DNA of 64,000 nucleotides, from positions 19,530,001 to 19,594,000 of the forward strand of contig NC_043022.1 of NCBI RefSeq assembly GCF_006345805.1, given 5' to 3'. This DNA is from Octopus sinensis (Eukaryota). The notes beneath the pieces were generated by a model. The model had not been told where the DNA came from and searched no databases. It saw only the letters and a program-made list of their open reading frames with translations. Positions 40,401-52,757 of the stretch are shown here, in pieces (position 1 is the stretch's first letter; each line of letters starts with the position of its first letter). The position numbers were made by a program, and so were the translations under genes.

Positions 40401-40404
<4 letters not shown>
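40191..40404 (+). mobile_element. 3' end of a CR1-like LINE
   Basis: VFKSKLDIFLSRVPDEP...SNSILHQ, stop at 40338-40340, short 3' UTR. Confidence 0.7.
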
Positions 40405-40443
<39 letters not shown>

Positions 40444-40711
40444 CTCTCCTTCTTTCTGTGTTTTTTTCTCTCTGTGTATCTTTCTGTTGAAGAGCGTAGG
40501 CTCGAAACGTTAAAGACTTGTTTTATTATATTTCCTGAGCGCCATACTAATACAATTGTTTGTTTGTTTTCCACCTGCCTTCGTCTTTTGTCTATTTTCA
40601 TAAAGCTTCCCGTTATATAATATGTATATATATATATAATATATTATATATATATATATATATTATATATATATATATATATATTATATAATATATTTAT
40701 TATATAGAAGG

Positions 40712-40762
40712 AGCTTCTACAGGACTAGAACTGTTTCATTCAAGAGAAATCTTCAGGAAGCT
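40712..40762 (-). ncRNA. Type I hammerhead ribozyme motif (family 2)
   Basis: AGCUUC-CUGAAGA-UUUC-UCUU-GAAU-GAA-ACAG-UUCUAGUC-CUGU-A-GAAGCU. GUA triplet. U-U at 10.1/11.1 is atypical. Confidence 0.75.
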
Positions 40763-40994
40763 AGTTAACAAGAATTGTATTGGCATTTATACATTTAGGC
40801 AGGTTTAACGGGGTGTTGGTGGGGGACTTTTTTGGGGGTCGGCGAGTACCTTATTTACTGTGGTTAACCCCGAATCAACCCGGGACCTACATATATATAA
40901 TATATATATATATATATAATATATATATATGTATATAATATATATATATATTATATATATATAATATATATAATATATATATAATATATATACA

Positions 40995-41350
40995 TAGGCG
41001 CAGGAGTGGCTGTGTGGTAAGTAGCTTGCTAACCAACCACACGGTTGCGGGTTCAGTCCCACTGCGTGGCATCTTGGGCAAGTGTCTTCTGCTATAGCCC
41101 CGGGCCGACCAATGCCTTGTGAGTGGATTTGGTAGACGGAAACTGAAAGAAGCCTGTCGTATATATGTATGTGTGTGTGTTTATGTGTTTGTGTGTCTGT
41201 GTTTGTCCCCCTAGCATTGCTTGACAACCGATGCTGGTGTGTTTATGTCCCCGTTACTTAGCGGTTCGGCAAAAAGAGACCGATAGAATAAGTACTAAAG
41301 GTGGTGCTCCAGCATGGCCGCAGGCAAATGACTGAAACAAGTAAAAGAGT
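40995..41350 (+). mobile_element. SINE-A with internal deletion
   Basis: Matches the family consensus. Confidence 0.88.
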
Positions 41351-43291
41351 ATATATATTACAAGGTGGTAGCACTGAGCAGTGATGCGGATAAATACAGT
41401 GTTATTACTAGTTCAACATGCTTGTGACACGTTCGAACCCGTAAGCAAGCCATTCACTGAAAACAGAACACATAGAAATCATCAGATTTAGCCCAAGCAC
41501 CATGTATATAGCTACGTATTTATATTTACATACATTTGACCTCTTATGACCGAATTTTTCGTCAGTGTGTTTTTTTAATATTTTATTTGGTTAGCTCATT
41601 CGATCTTCTATCTTTGCAGCTATGAAAATAAACACTTTTATTACATTTCATGCCTCAAATAACAAACTAATAAAAAACAAATCACATTTTTTTTTCCGTC
41701 ATCGCTTTTTTATTTTTTTTGTATTTTAAGCTTTTTATTCTTTGTTGTTCATATACTAATTTTCTGCTTTTATTCGACCATTTTATTCTTGTTATGTTTC
41801 TCTTATTTCCTCTGTTATGTGTCTCCAAATGTATTTGTATTGTCCCCTCTTTGTGGGTAATTAAAAAAATCACTTATTTCTTCTGGACAATAACGTACCC
41901 TATTCACTCCCTTGTGTATAGAAATCAGCAAACAAATTATTTACTGGTGCGTGTTGTTGACTGCCGAACAAATAAATTAATGGTATGCACGTAAAACAGC
42001 GACAATCCAAACAACGACAACGTATCTGTTCGTTCTGAAAACATTTCGGAAGATTTGAGTGTGAATATCTGATCGCTGTTGTTTTTCAACATTGCAGAAA
42101 ACCTACTCCTTTTGACACTGTGTATTCATGACGTACGTGAATTACGGGTGTAAGAGCACTTTAAAATACCACGATGTTCTGACCCCATTCTCTGTCTCTC
42201 CAGTTTGTCGCCGGATCGATGAATTGAACTGGAACATATTCGTTTATGGAAACCAGCAAAGAAATTGTGGAGCAAACTGACACACCTGCACACGACTGGC
42301 AATTGAATCCGGAATAATCATTTAAAGATGTTTGTTGCATGTTGTTATTGTTTTTGTTGAAAAAAATGGATATTTTCCTTTTCATGGGCAGCTCGATTAA
42401 TTCATTTTCTTTACCTAAAACTTTGAAACTTCGTATACTGTCATATAGAACATCTTTTACCCTTAGCGTTGTTGAAAAAATTTCTAATTACGAAGTTATT
42501 TCGTGTTAAAGTTGTCGTATTTCGGTAATTTCAACTAATCAATGGCGTGTATTTAGCTGACCGCTCGGTTCAGTCTCTCTTGACCAGAAATGGCCTGAAC
42601 TCTTTGCACGAACACCCTCCCTGTACATAACTACATGTCCCCCTACGTGGCCTTGCTTTTTGCTTTTTGAGTCAAAAAATTAACTTAACTTAACTTATCT
42701 TAACTTAAAATTACTGCTGTACCATCTACTTCAATTACTGCTTTACATTTACTTGGCAGATGTTTTTGTTAAATATTGTTATTGTTTTTGTTGATTAAAA
42801 TTTGTTGAACAAAAAAGCCGAAATAATTATGCACCAACCCAATATTTTAAGGACCCCTGAAAAAATGTTACTTTAGATGTATGTATCGGTATGTGTGGTA
42901 AGTAGCTTGCTTCCCAACCACATGTAAATATAAGGTTCAGTCCCACAGCTTGGTACCTTAGGCAAGTGTCTTCTACTATAGCCTCAGGCCTTGAAGATAT
43001 TTTAATCGTGAATCAACTCCAGTACTTATATTTTTTATAAGTCCGGCACTCATTCTATCGCACTCCTTTCGCTGAACCGCTAAGTTACGGAAACGTAAAC
43101 ACGCATCAACACCGATTGTCAAGCGATGGACGCACGCATGCGCGCGCACACACACATATACACACACAAACGCATATATATATATGTCCCACTGCGTGAC
43201 ATCTTGGGCAAGTGTCTTCTACTATAGCCCCGGGCCGACCTATGCCTTGTGAGTGGATTTGGTAGACGGAAACTGAAAGAAGCCTGTCGTA

Positions 43292-43334
<43 letters not shown>

Positions 43335-43542
43335 ATGTTTGTGTGTCTGTGTTTGTCCCCCTAGCATTGCTTGACAACCGATGCTGGTGTGTTTACGTCC
43401 CCGTCACCTAGCGGTTCGGCAAAAGAGACCGACAGAATAAGTACTGGGCTTACAAAAAAGAATAAGTCCCAGGGTCGATTTGCTCGACTAAAGGCGGTGC
43501 TCCAGCATGGCCACAGTCAAATGACTGAAACAAGTAAAAGAG

Positions 43543-43581
<39 letters not shown>

Positions 43582-44084
43582 ATACGACGAGATGCTTTTA
43601 GTGACCGTCTGCCAAATCTACTCACAAGGTTTTCATTGGCCGAGGCTATAAGTAGAAGAAACTGGCCCAAAGTGCCACGCAGTGGAAGCGAACTCTGAAT
43701 CATGTGGTTGGTAAGCAACTTTCGTACCACACAGCCTGCTTTAATTTTTCAGACATTTCCTTGTTCCTTACTCCCTTCCTTTCCTCGCCCCGTTGTCTGA
43801 TTATTTTGTTTACGTCGCTGTTTTTACCCTGATGTGGGTCACATCGTTTAAACAGGAAAGAAGATAAGAAAGGAAAAAAAAAGAAGTTGTTGTTGTTGCT
43901 GTGGTGGTGGTGGTGGCCTGGGGCAGAGACAATGGAGGGGGAGGAAGCGATCCTCCCTCCCCCAACACATACTCAAGAGTAAATGGTGTGCTCAACCCGA
44001 CCACCCCGGTACGTGTGGTATATCATTAAAAAATAAAAGTAAAAATAGTTTTATATTTGCTTTCACTTCTATTTCGGTGAACTT

Positions 44085-44316
44085 CTACTGCTACTACTAC
44101 TACTACTACTGCTGCTGCTGTTGCTACCCCACACCACCACCGCCACCATTATTATAACTTTGACAACCTTCACCATTAGTATTATCATCGCAACCTGTAC
44201 CATCACTACTACTACTACTACTGTGGTTGCTGTAACTACTACAACTGCTGCTGTTGCTACACTACCACCACCACCACTATTATAACTATTACAATCAAAC
44301 TACTACTTCTACTACC

Positions 44317-44355
<39 letters not shown>

Positions 44356-44434
44356 GTGGTTGCTGTAACTACTACAACTGCTGCTGTTGCTACACTACCG
44401 CCACCACCAACATTATTATAACTATTACAATCAA

Positions 44435-44470
<36 letters not shown>

Positions 44471-44520
44471 CCAAACGTCATCATCATAACTGCACCTGTT
44501 ATCACCATTAACACCGCCAC
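44085..44520. repeat. Degenerate (ACT/ACC/GCT)n trinucleotide region
   Basis: Direct reading, with internal duplicated blocks. Confidence 0.9.
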
Positions 44521-44932
44521 CAGTACTGAAACTACACGCGCCCCGCGACACACGTGGGGAGATTGGGGTAGCATTTGCGAAGTGGTCGTGGTGGAGGTTG
44601 CGGTAACTGCTACTACATGTCAAGCGGTGAAGTGAAAAATAGAACGAGGCAAGTAGAACCCGAGATGTTGACAAAAACTGATGGACGCGAAAGGGACTGG
44701 TACTGAATATAAGCTTTTTTTTTCAAAATGTTTATCTGTTTCATTTTTTTTTTTATAGTTGTTTCGTTCATTGGACTGCGGGGTCCTTACTGGGTCACCA
44801 CCGTCTAGAAGAGTTTTTAGTCGAACAAATCGCCCCCCTGCCCCAATACTTGCGTTTTTAAAGTTCAGTATTTATTCTATAAATGCCATTTACCTAACTG
44901 ACAAATGCCAATTTTCAGATATACATATGTAA

Positions 44933-45345
44933 TGGCGAGCTGGCAGAGACGTTAGCGCGCCGGGCGAAATGCGTAGCCGTATTTCGTCTGCCGTTACGTT
45001 CTGAGTTCAAATTCCGCCGAAGTCGACCTTGCCTTTCATCCTTTCGGGATCGATAAATTAAGTACCAGTTATGCACTGGGGTCGATGCAATCGACTTAAT
45101 CCGTTTGTTTGTCCTTGTTTGTCCCCTCTGTGTTTAGCCCCTTATGGGTTATAAAGAAACTGGTATTTCGTCTGCCGTTACGTTCTGAGTTCAAATTCCG
45201 CCGAGGTCGACCTTGCCTTTCATCCTTTCGAGATCGATAAATTGAGTACCAGTTATGCACTGGGGTCGATATAATCGACTTAATCCCTTTGTCTGTCTTT
45301 GTTTGTCCCCTCTATGTTTAGCCCCTTGTGGGCAATAAAGAAATA
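44933..45345 (+). mobile_element. SINE-B dimer
   Basis: Head followed by two bodies. Confidence 0.85.
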
Positions 45346-46036
45346 TATGTAATATATACAATAATAATATTTTATAAGCAATCATCGTGTATTAACTAGA
45401 TTAGTCTAATATTGGGACGGGTAAAAATGGGTTATATGATGTGCATAAAGCAGAATTCTACGGAAGTTACAGCGTTTTGACTTTAATTCTAACCAATCAA
45501 AAACTTCCATTTGTGTATGCTGATCTTCATGTTGTCCTGAAGATCAGTATATACAACGAAGACTTGACCTTTACGTCGTCTATCGACATACCAGAAACAG
45601 CAGACAAATCTTCCTTAAACTAGAACATAAACATATTATATTAGGCGGTGCGGGATAGGACCGTGCCATCCGATCCGAAATTCGCAGCGGCGCTAAATAT
45701 GTTTATTTGTCATTAAAAACACACTGAGCATTCTGTCATGCTACTTTAATTGAAAGAATGCTACGCATTGTATGTGTTAATAACAAACACACACACAGCG
45801 AATTTTGAGGGCAGAGTTTGTAATATTAAATACTTAAAATGTGTATCGGCAAATAAACAACAAACACTTGTATAGACAAACAAACATCGATGATATCAAA
45901 TAATTATTTATAGGATGTGTGGCAAGTAGCTTGCTTCTCAATCACATGGCTTCGTGTTCATTCCCACTACGTTGCACCTTCGGTAATTTTCGTCTATTAT
46001 AGCCTCGGATCCATCCATCCATCCATCCGTCCGTCC

Positions 46037-46067
<31 letters not shown>

Positions 46068-46356
46068 GTCGTGTGTATATATATTCTTTTGTTTCAGTCA
46101 CTTGACTTCGGCCATGCTGGAGCAGCGCCTTAAACGTTTTTTTTTAGTCGAAGAAATCGACCGCCAGGACGTATTTCTTTGTAAGTCTTTGTAGTACTTA
46201 TTCTATCAGTGTCTTTTGCCGAACCGCTTAGTTACGTGAAGAGGTCACATCATAAGTGACGAAAAATTTCAGACAAAGATACTAAAATAAGAATATAATG
46301 AAGCTGAAATGAAGAATGAGGATGTTGTGCGTCTGATTATTTGGCAAAAAAAGAAG

Positions 46357-46409
<53 letters not shown>

Positions 46410-46556
46410 TTAGTGTATATTCCAAACAAACAGCTTTTCTTGGAAATATATAACTGTTATCAGATATTTTTCAGGTATGACAATGCATATTCTTAAGATT
46501 TTGTGCATTGTTCCGAAAACTATATACATACATACATACATACATTGTGCTGTTTG

Positions 46557-46618
<62 letters not shown>

Positions 46619-46928
46619 TATAGAGAGAGAGAGATTATATAGAGAGAGAGATATATATATAGAGAGAGAGATATATATATATATAGAGAGAGAGATAGAG
46701 ATATATATATATATATAGAGAGAGAGATATAATATATATAGAGAGATATATATATAGAGAGAGATATATATATATATATTATAGAGAGATATATATATAT
46801 ATATATATAGAGATATATATATATATATATATCTATAGATATATATATATATATATATATAATATATATATATAATATATATATATTATTAATAGAGAGA
46901 GAGATAATATATATAGAGAGAGAGAGAG

Positions 46929-46982
<54 letters not shown>

Positions 46983-47104
46983 GAGAGATATATATATATA
47001 TATATAAGAGAGAGAGATATGAGATAGATATATTATATATATAGAGAGAGATAGAGATATATATATATATAGAGAGAGATAGATATATATATATATATAT
47101 ATAG

Positions 47105-47181
<77 letters not shown>

Positions 47182-47196
47182 TATATATATAGAGAG

Positions 47197-47269
<73 letters not shown>

Positions 47270-47328
47270 TATATATAATATAGAGAGAGAGAGATATATA
47301 TATATATAATATATATAGAGAGAGAGAG

Positions 47329-47367
<39 letters not shown>

Positions 47368-47434
47368 TATATATAGAGAGAGATATATAGAGAGATATAT
47401 ATATAGAGAGAGAGAGACAGAGAGAGAGAGAGAT
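46557..47434. repeat. About 880-bp compound (TA)n/(GA)n microsatellite
   Basis: Alternating TA and GA runs with almost no C on the plus strand. Confidence 0.97.
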
Positions 47435-47580
47435 ATAAGTGTATTTTTCCCTTGTTAATAATTAACACGGAAAAAAATAATACCAGTGAAATCTTCGAAA
47501 CATGTGTCGGAAGTAAAAGTATTTGAATTATACCTGCGTTAAACTCATGTATATAAATATTCGTATTATTGTTGTTCCAG

Positions 47581-47720
47581 GTGAATTTATAGAGACAATG
47601 GGTTTAAGTATATCAAGACGCAAATTCAAAGAAGATGAGCAAGTAAAGGTGAATGTAGATGTGGATATGTTAAAGATGATGCAAAAAGGCCATGGAGGTT
47701 GGGATCCCCGGATGGAAGAT
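47581..47720 (+). CDS. Mind bomb (MIB1/MIB2)-like REP repeat, first exon
   Basis: ttccag acceptor and GTAAGT donor. EFIETMGLSISRRKFKEDEQVKVNVDVDMLKMMQKGHGGWDPRMED resembles the MIB2 REP pattern 'GDKVK...LREMQEGHGGWNPRM' as I recall it. Confidence 0.85.
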
Positions 47721-47790
47721 GTAAGTAGCGCCCTCTCACTTGTTCGCATTTTACCCTATGATCTATGACAACTATAATAACGAAGTAGAA

Positions 47791-48200
47791 GGCAGCGAGC
47801 TGGCAGAAACGTTAGCACGCCGGGCAAAATGCTTTGCGGTATTTCGTCTGCGTTACGTTCTGAGTTCAAATTTCGCCGAGGTCGACTTTACCTTTCATCC
47901 TTTCGGGGTCGATTAAATAAGTACGAGTTACGCACTGGGGTCGATGTAATCGACTTAATCCGTGTGTCTGTCTTTGTTTGTCCCCACTGTGTTTAGCCCC
48001 TTGTGGGTAATAAAGAAAAAGGTATTTCGTCTGCCGCTACGTTCTGAGTTCAAATTTCGCCGAGGTCGACTTTACCGTTCATCCTTTCGGGGTCGATTAA
48101 ATAAGTACGAGTTACGCACTGGGTCGATGTAATCGACTTAATCCGTGTCTGTCCTTGTTTGTCCCCTCTGTGTTTAGTCCCTTTTGGGTAGTAAAGAAAT
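47791..48200 (+). mobile_element. SINE-B dimer in the Mind bomb-like intron
   Basis: Head followed by two bodies. Confidence 0.85.
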
Positions 48201-48244
48201 ATACAATAACGAAATAGGCGCACATATTGCCGTCGGTTTCAAAT

Positions 48245-48560
48245 ATTCATGTCACAGTCACATTTGAGTTCGAATATTTCTGGCGTTCGCATCGCAGTCA
48301 CGTTTTGTCTTTAGATTCGAATACTATTTGCGTTACAGTCACGTTTGTTTTTGGGTTCGAATAACTCTGATATTTGTGCCATACTGACGTATTCTGGGTT
48401 CTAATACACATGACAATCGCCTCATCGTCACATTTGTTTTATTTTTCGAATACCTCCGATGTTCATGTTCAGGCATATTTGTTTCACGTCATATTCATGT
48501 TTGTCTTGGGTCCGGAAAACGTCTAACGTTCATGTCACAATCACGCTTGTATACATCTCT
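48245..48560. repeat. Highly degenerate ~40-bp minisatellite
   Basis: Recurrent GTCAC(A/G)TTTG...TTCGAATA units. Confidence 0.6.
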
Positions 48561-48613
48561 ATATATGTGTGTATGTGTGTAACTAATTCTTGTCTATTTT
48601 CATCTATTTTTAG

Positions 48614-48724
48614 CTCATAGGGCAAGTCCGTTCTGTCCATGGAATCTACCCTTCTGGTGATGTAGTTGTGGAATATAGAGAGATTAGAGCGTATTTGACC
48701 TTTAATCCTGACGCTTTAACAAAG
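48614..48724 (+). CDS. Mind bomb-like REP repeat, second exon (LIGQVRSVHGIYPSGDVVVEYREIRAYLTFNPDALTK)
   Basis: tttttag acceptor, phase 0 continues the previous exon. Resembles REP 'IGQxGTVHRI...GDVRV...WTFHPGALTK'. Donor GTCAAT is weak. Not in the ORF track. Confidence 0.82.
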
Positions 48725-49517
48725 GTCAATCAGTGAGACCTCTTAGGTGATTATTAATTTTTATTCTTTCTAAGGCGGCGAGCTGGCAGAAATGTTAGCG
48801 TACCGGGTGAAATGCTTAGCGGAATTTCGTCTGCCGTTATGTTCTGAGTTCAAATTCAACCGAGGTCGACTTTGCCTTTCATCCTTTCGGGGTCGATAAA
48901 TTAAGTACCAGTTGTGCACTGGGGCCGATGTAATTGACTTAATCCATTTGTCTGTCCTTGTTTGTTCCCTCTATGTTTAGCCCCTTGTGGGCAATAAAGA
49001 AATAAGAAACGTTAGCATGCCGGGCGAAATGCTTAGCGGCATTTCGTCTGTGTTTACGTTCTGAGTTTAACTTCCGCCGAGGTCGACTTTGCCTTTCATC
49101 CTTTCGGGGTCGATAAATTAAGTACTAGTTGGCGTTTGGGGAGGGGGTTAGATCTAATCGAATGGCCGCTTCCCCAAAATTTCGGGCCTGGTGCCTAGAG
49201 TATAAAAGGTTAATTTTTACCTTTTCTACTTTCAGAAATTAAGAAAAAAAAAAAAAAAAAAAAAGCTCTTCGCAACAAGTTTATTTTTTAAAAATTCTAT
49301 CTTTTATATTTTATTTGCTTCAGTCATTGGTCTGCAAACAGGCTGGAACACCGTTTTGAAGGTTTTTAGTCGAAGAAATCGATCCCAGTACTTATGTTGT
49401 TTCTAAGCCTGGTACTTATACTATCGGTATCTTTGGTCGAACTGCTAAGTTACCGGGGTGTAAATAAACCATCTCTATTTGTCAAGCGGTGAAGAGCAAA
49501 CATCAAGATGCACTCAT

Positions 49518-49565
<48 letters not shown>

Positions 49566-49864
49566 GTGTGTGTGGTGTGTGTGTTTGCTGCTCCAACATG
49601 ACTGTAAATGCATGGCAGAAAAGAATGAAAGAATATATATATATACACACGCACGCAGACACACACAGAGTGGCAGCCAAAAATTGTATACACACTTCAG
49701 GAAAGGAAAATTCTGTATAAATATTTTGAGTGTTATCGCAGTCTGATAAAACAATGAAAGAGGCATTTGTTTTTATAGGGGTACTTATATAAGTTAAAGA
49801 TTTATACATATTATTTGCTTTCCTGAAGTATGTATAATATATTTTGGCGGTTTCTGTGTACATA

Positions 49865-50252
49865 TACTCTTACTCTTTACTCTTTTATTAGTTTCAGTCA
49901 TTTGACTGCGGCCATGCTGGAGCACCGCCTTTAATCGAGCAACTCGACCCCGGGACTTATTCTTTTGTAAGCCCAGTACTTATTCAATGGGTCTCTTTTG
50001 CCGAACCGCAAATAACGGGGACATAAACACACCAGCATCGGTTGTCAAGCAATGCTAGGAGGACAAACACAGACACACAAACACACACATATGTATACAT
50101 ACATACGACGGGCTTCTTTCAGTTTCCGTCTACCAAATCCACTCACAAGGCTTTGGTCGGCCCGAGGCTATAGTAGAAGACACTTGCCCAAGGTGCCACG
50201 CAGTGGGACTGAACCCGGAACCATGTGGTTGGTAAACAAGCTACTTACCACA
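49865..50252 (-). mobile_element. SINE-A
   Basis: Matches the family consensus. Confidence 0.88.
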
Positions 50253-52609
50253 TACCACATGACAGTCTTCCTCATAGTTTCCATCAATGAAATGTGGCTA
50301 TAGTGAAAGACACTTGGGCAAAGTGATCTTCTTTAACCATATAGCCATGCCTCTACCTATGGCTGACAGTTTTATTTCAACAAGCTTTTGCTCCAACATA
50401 CCTACTCAAACATATTTGCTCTAAATATCTTAATCAAACAAATTTTGTAAAAGTTTTTACAACCTTACTCCAACGAATTTACTCTCATACGCTATATTTC
50501 TATAAGTTTCATTCCTTCTCTCTCTTGCATAAAACCCATTCTTATTCTCTCCTTTCTTGTCCCTCTATGTTTAGTTTACTTTTTTTTCTATTTCAGATTA
50601 ATCTGTTTGCTATCATTGAACCAGTTAAAACATCTGAACACATCTAAACCTTGAAAATAGTACGATCACATCTCTACCTGTGTCGAGGATATAAAATATT
50701 TCTTTCACTCTCTTCTATACTTGATCTCATTCCCTTCAAATTTAATTCCTTCTAAATCATCACTATTCATCTACTTACCTGGTCCAACAGCTACTGCCTC
50801 GTTGTGACGAACCAACACACATCTCTATACTATACAACTCATTTCGCCTACGACCTGTGACCTTGTCACACTTTTAATCAGATGACGGTTGCACATTCTT
50901 CATCTCCACAATGCTTTGAGATAATCATACTCTCTCTAAACCTCATTTTCTGACTCTCTCTCTCTCTCTAAAGTGTGATATTGTACCGAGGATATATATA
51001 TGTATATTAGTGGTTAGGGTGTCAGCATCATGATCTTAAGATTGTGGTCTCGATTCCTGGACCGGGCGACGCATTGTGTTCTTGAGCAAAACACTTCATT
51101 TCACTTTGCTCCAGTCCACTCAGCTGGTAAAAATGAGTAACTCTGCGATGGACTGGCGTCCTGTCCAGCTAGGGAACTCATACGCCATAGAAACGAGGAA
51201 ACCGGGCCCATGAGCCTAGCTAGGGTTTAAAAGGGCGCATTTATTATTTTTATCCGTGACCGTGACCGACCAGGCTATCAGATGTTGCTACAAATCGCTG
51301 GTCACAATGCGCTTCGCATTGTTTTTAGCCTTCAAATGATGCCACCCCGCTGGCTAAGCGAGCAGGCCAACAGAAGAAAGAGTGAGAGAAAGTTGTGGCG
51401 AAAGAGTACAGCAGGGTTTGCTACCACCCCCTGCCGGAGCCTTGTGGAGCTTTAAGTGTTTTCGCTCAATAAACACTCACAACGCCCGGTCTGGGAATCG
51501 AAACCGCGATCCTACGACCGCGAGCCCGCTGCCCTAACCACTGGGCTATTGCGCCTCCACATTATTTTTTTATATAAAGATGAATAAGTACACAAATTAC
51601 TTTGGATCAGTTATTATTTATTATGAAATTACTGATAGAAATGATAGTTAAGGATAGAAAACGGGAATAACATCAAGAACTAAGTATTTGGGGTTAGAAT
51701 GTATGACAGAGAGCTCAGAGTACAGTGAACGTATATCTTCGTTCGAGTATTTATTTATTAGATATCTCTGAACGAAAATATACGGGATAATATTTCAAGA
51801 GGTTAAACACAAGCCTTTCCGATATACTTGATCTCATTCCCTTCAAATTTAATTCCTACTAAATCATCACTATTCATCTACTTACCGGGTTCAACAGCTA
51901 CTGCCTCATTGTGACGAACCAACACATTTCTCTATACTATACAACTCATTTCGCCTATGACCTGTGACCCTGTCTCACTTTTAATCAGATGACGGTTGCA
52001 CATTCTTCATCTCCACATTGCTTTGAGACAATCATACACGTATATAAACTGGATAGATTTTCTGTAGCACTGCAGCTTGTATATCATACCATCGTCTGAA
52101 AACCAACGGATACATGCCTCCATCATAATAACTGCTCCTCAAATTTAGCCACCCTTTTATTCGTGGAATAAAAATATCTTTACCACCTTTGCAGAATCTT
52201 TTCCACCACTTCGCAAGTATGAAGTGTTTGACAGAAATCTATATTTGTTGCTTATCCAGACTGTGAATATTCAAATGGAAACTACGCTCACTTTACCAGA
52301 TGATGATTGGAAACGAATAAATCCGAGAACTGAACTGGAAATCAGAGCTTTTCAGTTTATATATATATGGATTTTTTCTATTATTCTGTTTATAATATAT
52401 TTGATAAGGTTCGTCTTTTCAAGAACATTGATTCTATTGAATGTATGTAACAATTATGAACTGTTCCATTATACTTTTTATAATAAAATCTTTTTTGATA
52501 AGGTTCGTTTTTTCAAGAATCGAAACATGTAAAATTAAAATTTATCTAATATAGTGGCGTTTTCAAACTTCTTTTTTACAAATATATACCCACTCGTATA
52601 CGATCTACT

Positions 52610-52646
<37 letters not shown>

Positions 52647-52661
52647 TTATTTTATAGAAGG

Positions 52662-52757
52662 AGCTTCTACAGGACTAGAACTGTTTCATTCAAAAGAAAT
52701 CATCAAGAAGCTTCCTGATGATTTCTTTTGAATGAACATTCTAGTCCTGTAGAAGCT
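52662..52757. ncRNA. Head-to-head pair of family 2 hammerhead motifs
   Basis: Minus copy 52662-52712 (core UUGAUGA) and plus copy 52709-52757 (CUGAUGA, two 1-nt deletions in stem III) share the palindrome GAAGCTTC. Confidence 0.65.

Noticed and set aside
44387-44674. Thr-rich, mucin-like ORF
   Set aside because: Trinucleotide repeat with no splice or signal-peptide support.
45441-45623. 60-aa ORF as a possible upstream Mind bomb exon (52224-52532 was also checked as a downstream one)
   Set aside because: No MIB-HERC2, ZZ, REP or ankyrin motifs, and no convincing splice sites.
52040-52240. Minus-strand peptide CKGGKDIFIPRI, resembling a PIF1/Helitron helicase motif
   Set aside because: The flanking residues do not continue the family pattern, so it is probably chance.
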